64,000 nt of DNA from Candidatus Eiseniibacteriota bacterium (GCA_003235575.1 QJVW01000069.1:9131-73130); one strand, 5' to 3'; shown: positions 1 to 10,603, counted from the stretch's first letter. Translations and numbers: made by a program. Notes: generated by a model not told the origin, from the letters alone.

Positions 1-1050
1 GAGACGATCCTGATCGAGTCGTTCGACGTCGCCGACGGCCTTCTCCAGGACATCGTCGAAGAGGCGTACGAGGCCGGCGGAATCCCGCAGGTCTGCCTGC
101 GCCGCACCACCGTGCTGCGCCAGCTGCTGCTCCACGGCAGCGAGGCCCAGTTCCGGAAGCAGGCCGAGATCGACCTCTCGCAGATGAAGCAGGCGCAGGC
201 CTACGTCGGCCTCCGCGCGAGCGAGAATCTATCCGAGCTCTCCGACGTGCCGCCCGAGAACATGGCGCTGTACAGCAAACTCGTCATGAAGCCCGTTCAC
301 GCCGACTGGCGTGTCAAGAAGACGAAGTGGGTGGTCCTCCGGTACCCGAACGCCTCCATGGCGCAGGCGGCCAACATGAGCACCGCGGCGTTCGAGGAGT
401 ACTTCTACACCGTCTGCAACGTCGACTACGACAAGATGAGCGAGGCGATCCGCCCCCTGGTCGCGCGCATGGAGAAGACCGATCGCGTCCACATCAAGGG
501 GCCGGGAAAGACCGACCTGCGCTTCAGCATCAAGAACATCGGCGTCGTGCCGTGCGCCGGAGCGCGGAACATCCCCGACGGCGAGTGCTTCTCCGCGCCG
601 GTCCGGGATTCCGTGGAAGGGACCATCGCCTACAACACCCAGACGCTCTATCAGGGCGCGATCTTCGAGGACGTGGTGCTGACGTTCGAGGGCGGAAAGG
701 TCGTGAAAGCGGAAGCGAACGAGACCGAGCGCATCAACAAGATCCTCGATCAGGACGAGGGGGCGCGCTACGTCGGCGAGTTCTCGCTCGGATTCAATCC
801 GATGATCCGGGAGCCGATACGGGACACCCTGTTCGACGAGAAGATCGCCGGGTCCCTCCATTTCACGCCCGGCCAGGCGTACGAGGAGACCGACAACGGA
901 AACCGTTCCCAGGTCCACTGGGACATGGTGCTCATCCAGCGCCCCGAATACGGCGGCGGCGAGGTCTGGTTCGACGGCGAGCTGGTCCGGAAGGACGGCC
1001 GGTTCGTGGTGCCCGATTTGGAAGGGCTGAACCCGGAACGGCTAGCCTAA
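1..1050 (+). CDS. M29-family (aminopeptidase T/AmpS-like) metallo-aminopeptidase, 5' truncated by window edge
   Basis: Frame open from base 1; motifs NIPDGECFSAP, RYVGEFSLG, TLFDEKIAGSLHFTPGQAY, SQVHWDMV typical of M29. Confidence 0.9.
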   Translation, partial: ETILIESFDVADGLLQDIVEEAYEAGGIPQVCLRRTTVLRQLLLHGSEAQFRKQAEIDLSQMKQAQAYVGLRASENLSELSDVPPENMALYSKLVMKPVHADWRVKKTKWVVLRYPNASMAQAANMSTAAFEEYFYTVCNVDYDKMSEAIRPLVARMEKTDRVHIKGPGKTDLRFSIKNIGVVPCAGARNIPDGECFSAPVRDSVEGTIAYNTQTLYQGAIFEDVVLTFEGGKVVKAEANETERINKILDQDEGARYVGEFSLGFNPMIREPIRDTLFDEKIAGSLHFTPGQAYEETDNGNRSQVHWDMVLIQRPEYGGGEVWFDGELVRKDGRFVVPDLEGLNPERLA

Positions 1051-1113
1051 GGGCGCCGGAGCGACGTTCGGCGCGAAACCCCGCGCGGCCCGCGTGAGGG
1101 CCGACGTTTCCGG

Positions 1114-1536
1114 CTAGCGCAGGGCGGCGTCCATCGTGATCTTGGCGTTCAGGAGACGCGAGATCGGACAGCCGGCCTTCGCCTTCTCGGCGGCGGCCTG
1201 GAACGCGGCCGGATCGGCGCCCGGAATCGCGGCGACCACCTTGAGGTGGACGGCCGTGACCGTGAAGCCGGCATCGGTCTTCTCCAGCGTCACCGTGGCG
1301 GTCGTCTCGATCGCCTCGGCGGTCATGGACGATTCGCCCAGGACGCCCGACAGGGCCATCGAGTAGCAACCGGCATGCGCGGCCCCGACCAGCTCCTCGG
1401 GGTTCGTGCCCTGTCCGCTCTCGAATCGCGCCGCGAACGAATATGCCTTGTCCTTCAGGGCGCCGCTCTCGGTCGAGACCGTTCCCTTGCCGTCCTTCAG
1501 TCCACCCTTCCATACCGCCGATCCCGATCGCTTCAT
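1114..1536 (-). CDS. osmC: OsmC-family peroxiredoxin
   Basis: MKRSGSAVWKGGLKDGKG..., GTNPEEL, AHAGCYSM and CPIS cysteines; GGAGG RBS before ATG at 1536. Confidence 0.92.
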   Translation of the reverse strand: MKRSGSAVWKGGLKDGKGTVSTESGALKDKAYSFAARFESGQGTNPEELVGAAHAGCYSMALSGVLGESSMTAEAIETTATVTLEKTDAGFTVTAVHLKVVAAIPGADPAAFQAAAEKAKAGCPISRLLNAKITMDAALR

Positions 1537-1580
1537 TCGCGTTCCTCCCAAGCGGGCCGCGTGGGGCCCGAGCCGTGTGG

Positions 1581-2912
1581 TTATCCGTTCAGCGTTCCCA
1601 TCAGTCCTTCGACGGTCTTTCGGATCTCCTTGTCGTTCGCCATCAGCCCTTCGATCTTCTGGCACGCGTGGAGAACGGTGGTGTGATCGCGGCCGCCGAA
1701 CTTGGCGCCGATCTCGGCAAGCGAGAGGTCGGTGATGTTGCGCGCGATGTACATGCCGATCTGGCGGGGAAACGCGATCGTGTCCGTGCGTCGCTTTCCG
1801 CGGAGCGATTCCTCGGTGACGCTGAATTGCCTCGCGACCAGTCGCTGGATGTCGTGGACGTCCACCCGTTGTAGGTCCGGCTGGATCTGGTCGCGCAGCA
1901 CTTCCTGCGCGAATTCGACCGTCAAGGGCTGGCTCGTTAGATCGGAGAAGGCGAGCAGGCGCGCCAGGGACCCCTCGAGATCGCGGATGTTCGTCTTGAT
2001 GTTGCTGGCGAGTAGGAGCGCGATTTCATTGGGAAGACTCCGTCCCTGCATCTCGGCCTTCTTCTTCACGATCGCCACGCGGGTCTCCAGGTCCGGCGCC
2101 TGCAGATCCGCGACCACGCCCCACGTGAAGCGCGAAACCAGGCGCTCCTGGAGCGCGGTCATCGAGTTCGGCGGTCCGTCGCTCGTCAGAACGATCTGCT
2201 TCTTGGCGTCGTGAAGCGCATTGAAGGTGTGAAAGAACTCCTCCTGCGTCGATTCCTTGCCCGCCAGGAACTGGATGTCGTCGATGAGGAGCACGTCGGC
2301 GGTGCGGTAGCGGCTCTTGAAGTCGAGCGTCGTGGCGTGCTGGATCGCGTAGATCATCTCGTTCATGAACTTCTCGGCCGAGACGAAGAAGACGCGCGCG
2401 CCCGGCTTCACCAGGCGAACCTGGTGTCCGATCGAGTGCATGAGGTGCGTCTTGCCGAGCCCCACGCCGCCGTAGAGAAAGAGCGGGTTGTACCGCGTTC
2501 CGGGGCTCTGCGCCACGGCCTGACAGACGGCGTGCGCGAACTGATTGCCGCTGCCGACGATGAACGAATCGAAGGTGTTGTGCGGGATCAGGCTGCTTTC
2601 GTCTCGGGACGGGGGCAGCGGTTGCGGCTGGTGTTCCTCGATCGGCGCTTCCGCCTCCGCCCGGATTTGAAAGGAGACCCCCGCGGGCTGCCCGGTCACC
2701 GCCGAGAGCGACGACTCGATGAGCGAGCGGTAGTGCTGGTCGAGCCAGTCCACGTAGAACGGACTCGGCACCTCCAGCAGCAGCGTCCGGCCATCGAACT
2801 CCAGCGGCGCCAGCGCGCGGAACCATGTTTCGTACGTCTGGCTCGTGAGATTGGACTGAATCCGCGCGATCGCGCGATCCCACACGTCGGTGGCGACCAT
2901 CGTTTCCATCAT
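1581..2912 (-). CDS. dnaA: Chromosomal replication initiator DnaA
   Basis: YNPLFLYGGVGLGKTHL, LLIDDIQFLAGKESTQEEFFHTFN, FGGRDHTTVLHA. Confidence 0.99.
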   Translation of the reverse strand: MMETMVATDVWDRAIARIQSNLTSQTYETWFRALAPLEFDGRTLLLEVPSPFYVDWLDQHYRSLIESSLSAVTGQPAGVSFQIRAEAEAPIEEHQPQPLPPSRDESSLIPHNTFDSFIVGSGNQFAHAVCQAVAQSPGTRYNPLFLYGGVGLGKTHLMHSIGHQVRLVKPGARVFFVSAEKFMNEMIYAIQHATTLDFKSRYRTADVLLIDDIQFLAGKESTQEEFFHTFNALHDAKKQIVLTSDGPPNSMTALQERLVSRFTWGVVADLQAPDLETRVAIVKKKAEMQGRSLPNEIALLLASNIKTNIRDLEGSLARLLAFSDLTSQPLTVEFAQEVLRDQIQPDLQRVDVHDIQRLVARQFSVTEESLRGKRRTDTIAFPRQIGMYIARNITDLSLAEIGAKFGGRDHTTVLHACQKIEGLMANDKEIRKTVEGLMGTLNG

Positions 2913-2916
2913 CGTT

Positions 2917-2969
2917 TCATCCCCATGTCTTCACACCCTCTCCACGCATTATCCACATACTTATCCACA
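2917..2969 (+). promoter_or_regulatory. DnaA-box array immediately upstream of dnaA
   Basis: Perfect TTATCCACA at 2949-2957 and 2961-2969; degenerate same-orientation boxes at 2917 (TCATCCCCA), 2927 (GTCTTCACA), 2938 (CTCTCCACG). Confidence 0.85.
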
Positions 2970-2973
2970 AGTC

Positions 2974-3014
2974 AAAAGGGGCGTAACGATCGCATTTCTA
3001 CGACGTTACGCCCC
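2974..3014 (-). terminator. Terminator/attenuator-like hairpin in dnaA leader
   Basis: Perfect 11-bp inverted repeat GGGGCGTAACG (2978-2988)/CGTTACGCCCC (3004-3014); followed by TTTTGACTT on the minus strand. Confidence 0.45.
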
Positions 3015-3157
3015 AAAGTGTTTGAACTTCGGCAAGCGCCGATCACAGCATTCAGAACCCCGGTGAAGCACGGCGCGCGAGGGCGCGCCCAGGAGGAGTG
3101 GATTGGCGGGCCCTCGACGCCACAAGCTTCGTAGCGCGGTGGGTCCGCGAGGGGCGC

Positions 3158-3187
3158 AATGTACGCCCGGCGGCCCCGCGCTCGCAA
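3158..3187 (-). promoter_or_regulatory. Putative sigma70 promoter for dnaA
   Basis: Minus strand TTGCGA-N18-TACATT. Confidence 0.4.
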
Positions 3188-3241
3188 CGCAAAACTACGC
3201 GACACCACTCCGGTGCACGTCGGGGCGCGCCGAGATGCCCG

Positions 3242-3271
3242 TTGACCATTCCTCCATCTCTCCGATACACT
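3242..3271 (+). promoter_or_regulatory. Putative sigma70 promoter for rpmH operon
   Basis: TTGACC-N18-TACACT about 50 bp upstream of rpmH. Confidence 0.6.
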
Positions 3272-3323
3272 CCAAGGCTCTCGCTTTGCAGTACCGATTC
3301 CACCCAGACCGAGGCTTTTCGAA

Positions 3324-3458
3324 GTGAAGCGCACCTTTCAACCGCACAATCGCCGCCGGAAGAAGGTCCATGGATTCCGGGCCCGCATGAGCACCCGTGG
3401 TGGCCGCGCCGTTCTCAACAGGCGTCGCGCCCGCGGGCGCAAACGCCTCACGCCCTGA
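3324..3458 (+). CDS. rpmH: 50S ribosomal protein L34 (absent from supplied ORF track)
   Basis: GTG start; [44 protein letters not shown], 44 aa; canonical position divergent from dnaA. Confidence 0.98.
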   Translation: MKRTFQPHNRRRKKVHGFRARMSTRGGRAVLNRRRARGRKRLTP

Positions 3459-3483
3459 CACGGAAGTACCGGGCGACAAATCC

Positions 3484-3831
3484 GTGGCAGGCGCGATCTC
3501 GACGCGTGATCGCCGCCTTCGCCAAGGGTGGCAATTCCGCGAAGTGTACCGTTCCGGGGCGTCCCTGAGCGGCAAGCTGATGACGCTGGTCAGCCTTGCC
3601 CGCGCGGAGGGGCATGGCATGGTCGCGTTCGTGGCCAGCCGGAGGGTAGGAGGCGCCGTCCAGCGCAACCGCGCCAAGCGGCTCATGCGCGAGGCGTTTC
3701 GCGCGGCCGCGCCGGACTGGCGAGATGAAGCACGCTGGCGAGTTTGGATCGCCCGAGCCGCATGCTCCCGATCCCGTCTCGCGGAGGTTTCCGTCGAAAT
3801 GGCACGCCTGCTCGGAATGGAGCGCCGATGA
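3484..3831 (+). CDS. rnpA: Ribonuclease P protein component
   Basis: RL..F..VY..G and RNR motif SRRVGGAVQRNRAKRLMRE; synteny; GTG start chosen at 3484. Confidence 0.93.
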   Translation: MAGAISTRDRRLRQGWQFREVYRSGASLSGKLMTLVSLARAEGHGMVAFVASRRVGGAVQRNRAKRLMREAFRAAAPDWRDEARWRVWIARAACSRSRLAEVSVEMARLLGMERR

Positions 3832-4091
3832 ACACCGCCACCGTCTCGACGTTGGGCCGCGCGGCGCGTGCGGGATTCGGACTTCGTCCGCTTCTTCTCT
3901 TTCTCGTTCGGAGCTATCGGTCCGTGATTTCACCCGCGCTTCCGCGCTCCTGTCGATTTCATCCTAGTTGCGCCGCCTACGCCGAGGAATCGCTACGGCG
4001 GCACCCGCTGCCCCGCGCGATCTGGCTGACCATTCGCCGGATCCTCCGATGCCACCCCTTCCATCCAGGAGGTTACGACCCCGTCCCCTAA
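3828..4091 (+). CDS. yidD: Membrane protein insertion efficiency factor
   Basis: ISPALPRSCRFHPSCAAY...RILRCHPFHPGGYDPVP; ATGA overlap with rnpA. Confidence 0.95.
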   Translation: MNTATVSTLGRAARAGFGLRPLLLFLVRSYRSVISPALPRSCRFHPSCAAYAEESLRRHPLPRAIWLTIRRILRCHPFHPGGYDPVP

Positions 4092-4113
4092 GGGGGAGCG
4101 TGGTCGCTGGTTC

Positions 4114-5826
4114 ATGGACAAGAGAACCCTTGCTGCCATTCTGCTGATCCTGGGCGTACTGCTGGTCGACTCCGTTTGGTGGTCGCAGCGAACGCGCCAG
4201 CGCGTTCCCGCTCCACCCGACTCGACCAGCGCCCTCGTGACCCCGGGCGCCGAATCCGGCGCCGGCTCCGTCCCGGGTGCGACAGGCGCCACAGGCGCCG
4301 TCGAGGCGCCGGCCGTCATGCCCCCCGAGACCACCTCGGGGAGCAGCGCTACCGTGCCTGGCGCGCCGACCGTCACCGGCGAGACCGCCGTATCGACGCG
4401 CATCGCGTCCGCCCCGGTCGAAGAGCACCACCTGAAGACCAAGGTGTTCGACGCGACCCTGTCGAGTGAAGGCGGGGCCGTGACGTCCTGGGTCTTGGCG
4501 GACTACACCGATCCCGCGACGAAGAAGCCCGTGGACCTGGTCCGGCTGGGTCGTAGCGCCGTGCATGTGGCCGTATCGGCCGGCGACGCCACGTTCGATT
4601 TCACGAACGCGCCATTCCAAGTCGTGGACTACGACGGGATGCGCGGCCGTGTGGGATTCGAGGCCGTCGATTCCAGCGGCGTTCGGGTTCGGAAGACCTA
4701 TCGCCTTACCGATGATCCTTCCCTTCTCGACCTTGAAGTTCGCGTGTCCGCGCCCGCGGGACTCGGTCCGATCCGCTACCGGCTCGGCTGGGGAGCGCCG
4801 CTCCCGCTCACCGAGCGCTCGGCGAAGACGCAGGAGCTCAAGGGGACCGCGCTCCTCGGTGAGAAGATGGTGGCCCTCGACACGAAGGGCCTAGGCAAGG
4901 AGGGCTTCAAGGTAGAGAACGGAAACGTCCGCTGGGCGGGCGACCGGAGCAAGTACTTCGTCGCCGCGATTATCCCCGATTCGCAGACGGTGGAGCAGGT
5001 CGCGTTCTTCCCCGCGGAAGACGGCAGCGCCAATGCCTGGCTGACGGGCGCCGCGACGCCGGGCGCCGAGGTCGTGCGCCACGCGCGTCTCTACGCCGGC
5101 GCGATCCACTACGACACATTGATCGGGGTCGGCTATGGGATGGACCGCCTGGTGAACCTCGGCTGGTCCTGGCTTCAGCCGATCAGCCGATTCCTTTTGA
5201 AGTGCCTTCTCCTCCTCTACCAGTGGATCCCCAACTACGGCGTGGGGATCATCATCCTGAGCATCGCGACCAAGATCGTCTTCTATCCGCTGACGCAGTC
5301 GAGCCTTCGGACGATGAAGATCATGCACCGGCTCCAGCCGCGCATGAACGAGATTCGCGAGAAGCACAAGGACGACCCCGCCAAGATGAACACCGCCGTC
5401 ATGGCGCTCTACAAGGAGCACAAGGTCAACCCGCTGGGCGGATGTCTTCCGATGCTCCTGCAGATTCCGGTCTTCTTCGCGCTCTATCAGGTTTTCCTGA
5501 ACGCCGTGGAGCTGCGCGCCGCCTTCTTCATCGGCCACATCCACGACCTTTCGGCGCCGGACGTCCTCTTCATGCTCGGACCGCTGCCGATCTCGCTCAT
5601 GCCGATCCTGATGACGATCAGCACGTTCTGGATGCAGATGCTGACGCCGACCGATCCGAAACAGCGGCCGCTGATGATGATGATGCCGCTGATGATGCTC
5701 TTCATCATGTATAGTCTGCCCTCGGGCGTTATTCTCTATTGGACCGTCAACAATGTCCTCTCGGCCCTCCAGCAGCAGTGGGTAAACCACGTGGACGACC
5801 GCCAAATGGCCGCGGCCTCAACGTAG
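4114..5826 (+). CDS. yidC: Membrane protein insertase YidC
   Basis: N-terminal TM, large periplasmic domain, NYGVGII, LYKEHKVNPLGGCLPMLLQIP, LYWTVNN. Confidence 0.97.
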   Translation: MDKRTLAAILLILGVLLVDSVWWSQRTRQRVPAPPDSTSALVTPGAESGAGSVPGATGATGAVEAPAVMPPETTSGSSATVPGAPTVTGETAVSTRIASAPVEEHHLKTKVFDATLSSEGGAVTSWVLADYTDPATKKPVDLVRLGRSAVHVAVSAGDATFDFTNAPFQVVDYDGMRGRVGFEAVDSSGVRVRKTYRLTDDPSLLDLEVRVSAPAGLGPIRYRLGWGAPLPLTERSAKTQELKGTALLGEKMVALDTKGLGKEGFKVENGNVRWAGDRSKYFVAAIIPDSQTVEQVAFFPAEDGSANAWLTGAATPGAEVVRHARLYAGAIHYDTLIGVGYGMDRLVNLGWSWLQPISRFLLKCLLLLYQWIPNYGVGIIILSIATKIVFYPLTQSSLRTMKIMHRLQPRMNEIREKHKDDPAKMNTAVMALYKEHKVNPLGGCLPMLLQIPVFFALYQVFLNAVELRAAFFIGHIHDLSAPDVLFMLGPLPISLMPILMTISTFWMQMLTPTDPKQRPLMMMMPLMMLFIMYSLPSGVILYWTVNNVLSALQQQWVNHVDDRQMAAAST

Positions 5827-5849
5827 CGACCGGAATGGGAAGCGAAGCC

Positions 5850-6665
5850 ATGGATCAGCCGACGACCGACGAATCGATCGATATCGAAGCCGCCTCGTAC
5901 CCCGAGGCCATCGCCGAAGCCTGCTCGCGTCTTGGTCTCACGTCGGCGGAGCTCGCCATCGACCTCGTCGATCCGGGTTCGTCCGAGTCGTCGCGCCTGG
6001 GATACCGCCCCGTGAAGGTGAAGGTGCGGCGGCGGGATCCTCAAGCAGCCCCCGACGGCGCCGGGCGCGCACCCTCGCGGAGCCGGAGCGGCGGAGAATC
6101 CGATTACGCGCGCGGACACCGCGACAGCTCGCATCGCGCCCGTCCGCGCGATTCCGGACCCCCGCCTCCTCCCCTCGACCCGTCGTTGGTGACCCCGGAA
6201 ATGGTCACGATGGTCGGTGATTTGGTGCGTGGATTGGTGGAGACGATGCAATTCGAGGGCGCGACCGTGGAAGCATCCAAGTCGGCGCACGGAATCCGCG
6301 TCGGGGTGAACGCGGGCGAGTTCGACGATTTCCTGATCGGACCCGATGGCGAGACCTTGGCTGCGTTGCAGCACCTGCTGACCCGCATGGTGCGCTCGCG
6401 GATGCCCGGAAGCGCGGCTCCCCGGCTCGAAGTCGATGTCGCCGGTTACCGGGACCGCCAGATCGAGGCGCTACGCCAGATCGCCCGCGATCTCATGGCC
6501 GAAGTGCTGGGAGGGGCGCCGGAGGCCACGACCGATCCGCTGCCCGCCTCCGAGCGCCGCATCATTCACCTCGAAGTGGCCGAATCGACCGAGTGCGAAA
6601 CCGTCACCGTTGGGGACGGCTTCTATAAGCGCGTCATCATCCGCCGCGCCACGTCCAAGGAGTAA
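5850..6665 (+). CDS. jag: Jag/EloR (KhpB) RNA-binding protein, Jag_N-KH-R3H
   Basis: KH GxxG LIGPDGETLAALQ, DVAGYR, R3H PASERRIIH; synteny after yidC; start 5835 or 5850. Confidence 0.88.
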   Translation: MDQPTTDESIDIEAASYPEAIAEACSRLGLTSAELAIDLVDPGSSESSRLGYRPVKVKVRRRDPQAAPDGAGRAPSRSRSGGESDYARGHRDSSHRARPRDSGPPPPPLDPSLVTPEMVTMVGDLVRGLVETMQFEGATVEASKSAHGIRVGVNAGEFDDFLIGPDGETLAALQHLLTRMVRSRMPGSAAPRLEVDVAGYRDRQIEALRQIARDLMAEVLGGAPEATTDPLPASERRIIHLEVAESTECETVTVGDGFYKRVIIRRATSKE

Positions 6666-6712
6666 CCCTCCGGGCACCGCGCTCGTCGCGGCCGACCCGA
6701 AGCGCCCTCGCC

Positions 6713-8119
6713 ATGGCTCACTACGACACCATCGTCGCCACCGCCACGGCCCCCGGCGACGCGGCAATCGCGATCACGCGGCTCACGGGGCCCGATGCCC
6801 TGCCGCTTGCCGCGCGCCACTTTCGCGGTACGCGCTCTCCGCTCGATACGCCGTCCCATCGAATCCTCTTCGGTGATTTCGTGATCGAGGGCACTTCCCT
6901 CGACACGGTCCTGCTCTCGATCTTCCGGGCGCCGAACTCCTACACGGGCGAGGACGTCGTCGAAATATCGTCGCACGGTGGCAGCGCCATACCCCGCGCG
7001 GTGATGGAGGCGCTGATCGGCGCCGGGGCGCGCGCCGCGCGTCCAGGCGAATTCACGGAGCGCGCCTTCCGGAACGGCAAGCTCGACCTGGCCCAGGCCG
7101 AGTCGGTGGCTTCGCTCGTCCGCGCGCGCTCGGACCGCGCGGCCCGTGCGGCGCGTGCGACGCTCGGCGGCGAACTGACGCGGCGCATCGCGGCGCTCGA
7201 TGCCGAGATGGTCAGCCTTCTGGCCGAGGTGGAATCGCGAATCGATTTTCCCGCCGACGTTCGCGAGGCGGGCGATCTCCAGACGCTGGCGAATCGTTGC
7301 GCGGCGCTGGCGGAAGCGATCGGCGTCTGGTTGGACCGGCTTCCCTCCGCCCGCCGCCGCGAAGCGGGCGTGAGCGCGGCGATCCTCGGTGCGCCGAACG
7401 TCGGAAAGTCGAGCCTCCTGAACGCGCTCGCGGGATTCGACCGGGCGATCGTCAGCGATGCGCCCGGTACGACCCGTGACACGGTGGAGGCGTCGATCTG
7501 GTTGGACGGCATCGAACTCCGGTTGATCGACACCGCCGGCCTGCGGGAGGCGACCAGCCCCGAGGAACGGCTTGGCGTGGCGCGCACCGAGCGCGCCGCG
7601 GCGGAGGCGGATCTGGCGATCATGGTTCTCGACTGCACTCGTCCCGATGAAAGCGCGGCGGCCGGGGCCGTGGGCGCCGGCTTGGCGCCGCTTATCGTCG
7701 CCTGGAACAAGGCCGATCTCGCGGCGCCGGGCTCGTTCGACACCGGCGCGATCGGCCGCGCATCGGGATCGGCGGCCTCCGCGGCGCCGATCGCATGCGT
7801 CGAAACCGTCGCGGTGCGGGCCGGCGGCATCGATGCTCTGACGTCGGCGCTTCGTGCGGCGCTTCCCCGCGTGGTCGGCGATGCGGCGTCCGACGAGATC
7901 CCCACGACCAGCGCTCGACAGGAAGCGCTGCTCGTGGACGCGCACGAGGCGCTGGAGCGGGCCGGCGCGCAACTTGGCTCCGATCTCGAGCATGTCGCGT
8001 ACGATCTCGCGGCGGTCGACCTGACCGAGGCCCGTCGGGCGCTGGGTGAGGTCGTGGGCCGCGGCGTGGACGACGCGGTGGTCGCCGCCATCTTCGAACG
8101 TTTCTGCATCGGAAAGTGA
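6713..8119 (+). CDS. mnmE: tRNA modification GTPase MnmE
   Basis: [40 protein letters not shown]-terminal FCIGK. Confidence 0.97.
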   Translation: MAHYDTIVATATAPGDAAIAITRLTGPDALPLAARHFRGTRSPLDTPSHRILFGDFVIEGTSLDTVLLSIFRAPNSYTGEDVVEISSHGGSAIPRAVMEALIGAGARAARPGEFTERAFRNGKLDLAQAESVASLVRARSDRAARAARATLGGELTRRIAALDAEMVSLLAEVESRIDFPADVREAGDLQTLANRCAALAEAIGVWLDRLPSARRREAGVSAAILGAPNVGKSSLLNALAGFDRAIVSDAPGTTRDTVEASIWLDGIELRLIDTAGLREATSPEERLGVARTERAAAEADLAIMVLDCTRPDESAAAGAVGAGLAPLIVAWNKADLAAPGSFDTGAIGRASGSAASAAPIACVETVAVRAGGIDALTSALRAALPRVVGDAASDEIPTTSARQEALLVDAHEALERAGAQLGSDLEHVAYDLAAVDLTEARRALGEVVGRGVDDAVVAAIFERFCIGK

Positions 8120-9966
8120 CGCCTATGAAGCAGCGCCACCCCTTGATCGTCGTCGGAGCCGGCCATGCGGGCTGCGAGGCGGCGTGCATCGCCGCGCGCC
8201 TCGGCGTGGAGGTCGCGCTCGTCACGATGAACTTCGACGCGATCGCCCACATGCCGTGCAATCCCGCGATCGGCGGACTGGCGAAGGGCCACCTGGTGCG
8301 CGAGATCGACGTGCTCGGCGGCATCATGGGGCGCATGGCCGACCGCGCGGGCATTCAATTCAAGATGCTGAACCGCGGCCGCGGACCGGCGGTCTGGTCC
8401 CCTCGCGCGCAGCAGGACAAGGCGCTCTACCGCTCCGTCGTCCGCGCACACCTCGACGCAACGCCGGGAATCACGCTCGTTCAGGGCCAGGTCACTTCGT
8501 TCGAGACCTCGGGCGGCCGCATCCGCGGCGTGCGGCTCGCCGACGGCGCCCTCCTCGAGGCGGATGCCGTGATCGTCACGCCCGGAACCTTTCTGAACGG
8601 AGTGCTCCACGTCGGCGACGAGACGGTCGCGGGCGGTCGCGTCGGCGAAGCGCCCGCGCGCGGTCTCTCCGATACGCTGACGGAGTTGGGCTTTAGCCTG
8701 ATTCGCCTCAAGACCGGGACTCCGCCGCGACTTCATCGTGACTCGATCGACTTCGATTCGCTGGAGACGCAGGAGGGCGAGTATCCACCGCGACCCTTCT
8801 CGCACTTCACCGAGTCCATCGACGTCGAGCAGATTCGCTGTCACTTGACCGCCACAACCGAGGAGACGCATCGCGTCGTCCGCGAGAATCTGCATCGCTC
8901 CCCGCTCTACACCGGAAAGATCCGCGGCATCGGCCCCCGGTACTGCCCTTCGGTCGAGGACAAGGTCGTGCGATTCGCCGACAAGCCGTCCCACCTGATC
9001 TTCCTGGAGCCCGAGGGGCGCCATGCGGTGGAGTACTACGTGAACGGCTTTTCGACCAGCCTCCCCGAGGAAGTTCAGCGGGAAATGCTGGCGACGATTC
9101 CCGGACTGGAGTCGGCGCAGTTGCTCCGCCCCGGTTATGCCGTGGAGTACGACTTCGTACCCCCGACGCAGCTGCGGCACACGCTGGAGACGCGGGTTGT
9201 CGCGGGGCTCTATCTCGCGGGACAGATCAACGGGACCTCCGGGTACGAGGAAGCCGCAGCCCAGGGACTGTGGGCCGGGATCAACGCGTCGCTTGCCCTG
9301 CAGGGTCGCGACCCCTGGGTGCTCCGCAGAGATGAGGCGTATATGGCTGTCCTAATTGACGATCTAGTCGTCAAAGGAACGGAGGAGCCGTACCGGATGT
9401 TCACGTCCAGCGCGGAGCACCGACTCTTGCTGCGTCAGGACAATGCGGACGAGCGACTGCTCCGGCACGCCGAGCAGCTAGGGACGATCAGCCCTGAGGA
9501 GTCGCGGCGGTTGCGCCAGCGGGGCGAACACCGGGTCGAGGCGCGCCGCCGCCTGCGCGCGACTACCCACCACGAGGACCCGCCGCGCGCCAACCCGATG
9601 ACCGTGGCGCACGCGCTCCGCGGCAACGGCATGACGCTCGCGAGCGCGGTGAGCCTGCCTGCCCTTGCCGATCTGGAGTCCCAGGCGGTAGAGTCGGCCG
9701 TCATCGAGGCGATGTACGAGGGGTATATCGAACGCCAACACCGTGCCGTGGAGCGCGCCGAACACAATGAGTCCCTTCTGCTGGCCGAATCGATCTTTCA
9801 GGAAGCGCTCCCCGAACTGCCTGCGGAAGCACGCGAGAAGCTCCGCCACCTGCGGCCCCGGAGCGTCGGACAGGCGTCCCGAATCGCGGGAATATCGCCT
9901 GCGGATGTCTCGGTCCTAGCGATCTATGCCGAGCGAAACCGACGGAGGGGCGTACCCACTCCCTGA
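8116..9966 (+). CDS. mnmG: tRNA uridine-5-carboxymethylaminomethyl modification enzyme MnmG (GidA)
   Basis: [54 protein letters not shown]. Confidence 0.98.
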   Translation: MTPMKQRHPLIVVGAGHAGCEAACIAARLGVEVALVTMNFDAIAHMPCNPAIGGLAKGHLVREIDVLGGIMGRMADRAGIQFKMLNRGRGPAVWSPRAQQDKALYRSVVRAHLDATPGITLVQGQVTSFETSGGRIRGVRLADGALLEADAVIVTPGTFLNGVLHVGDETVAGGRVGEAPARGLSDTLTELGFSLIRLKTGTPPRLHRDSIDFDSLETQEGEYPPRPFSHFTESIDVEQIRCHLTATTEETHRVVRENLHRSPLYTGKIRGIGPRYCPSVEDKVVRFADKPSHLIFLEPEGRHAVEYYVNGFSTSLPEEVQREMLATIPGLESAQLLRPGYAVEYDFVPPTQLRHTLETRVVAGLYLAGQINGTSGYEEAAAQGLWAGINASLALQGRDPWVLRRDEAYMAVLIDDLVVKGTEEPYRMFTSSAEHRLLLRQDNADERLLRHAEQLGTISPEESRRLRQRGEHRVEARRRLRATTHHEDPPRANPMTVAHALRGNGMTLASAVSLPALADLESQAVESAVIEAMYEGYIERQHRAVERAEHNESLLLAESIFQEALPELPAEAREKLRHLRPRSVGQASRIAGISPADVSVLAIYAERNRRRGVPTP

Positions 9967-10603
9967 CGCCCTGAAGGCGGACCGAGATCTCTTTCTGGAG
10001 AAGGTCTCTCCGTGGGTGGCAAGCGGACGCCTGGACGCGCGGTTCCTCGAACGGATCGATAAGTACGCCGCGCTCCTCCACAACCGGATCCCCACGCTGG
10101 CCCTCGTCGGCAAGCGGGACCGCGACTCCATCTACACCCGACACATCCTCGACTCCCTCAACCCCCTCTCGCTCATGGAGCAGCCGCCCGAGTGCTTCCT
10201 CGACATCGGAAGCGGCGGAGGCCTTCCGGGCATTCCCCTGGCCCTGGCGTGGCCGAAGACGCGCGCCGTGCTGCTCGAATCAAGGGAGCGCAAGGTGGCC
10301 TTTCTCGAGCGGACCCTTCGGGCCCTCGAGCTCCGCTCGGCCCACGTCGTCTGCGAACGGCTGGAGGAACACGTCAAGAAGTGCGGACCCGCCTACGACG
10401 TCTTATTCATCCGAGCCGTGGCCGACCCGGCCCGCCTGATTGAGGAGGCCGGGGCCTGCTGTTTGCCTGGGGCACGTTGGGTCTACTTCCTGGGCGCAGG
10501 CATCGACCGCGGGATTCTCCGGGAGAATCTCGCGGCCACAGGACGGGAGGGAGTCGAGGCCACCGGGTCCTTCGGGGGCCGCTTGTTCACCGGCGTGGTC
10601 TGA
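9926..10603 (+). CDS. rsmG: 16S rRNA m7G527 methyltransferase RsmG (GidB)
   Basis: [32 protein letters not shown]; synteny; start uncertain. Confidence 0.93.
   Translation: MPSETDGGAYPLPDALKADRDLFLEKVSPWVASGRLDARFLERIDKYAALLHNRIPTLALVGKRDRDSIYTRHILDSLNPLSLMEQPPECFLDIGSGGGLPGIPLALAWPKTRAVLLESRERKVAFLERTLRALELRSAHVVCERLEEHVKKCGPAYDVLFIRAVADPARLIEEAGACCLPGARWVYFLGAGIDRGILRENLAATGREGVEATGSFGGRLFTGVV

Noticed and set aside
1051..1113. Long imperfect hairpin between convergent aminopeptidase and osmC as an ncRNA
   Set aside because: Short GC-rich spacer; most simply a shared terminator
1576..1584. Degenerate DnaA box at the dnaA stop
   Set aside because: Two mismatches, isolated, overlaps the stop codon
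2913..3323. Definitive oriC call with DnaA-trios/DUE
   Set aside because: No trio repeat or extended AT-rich unwinding element visible next to the boxes
9342..9366. Further copies of the 25-bp element in mnmG and at 51943-51968
   Set aside because: Ends deviate (TAT...CTA) or length is 26; not counted
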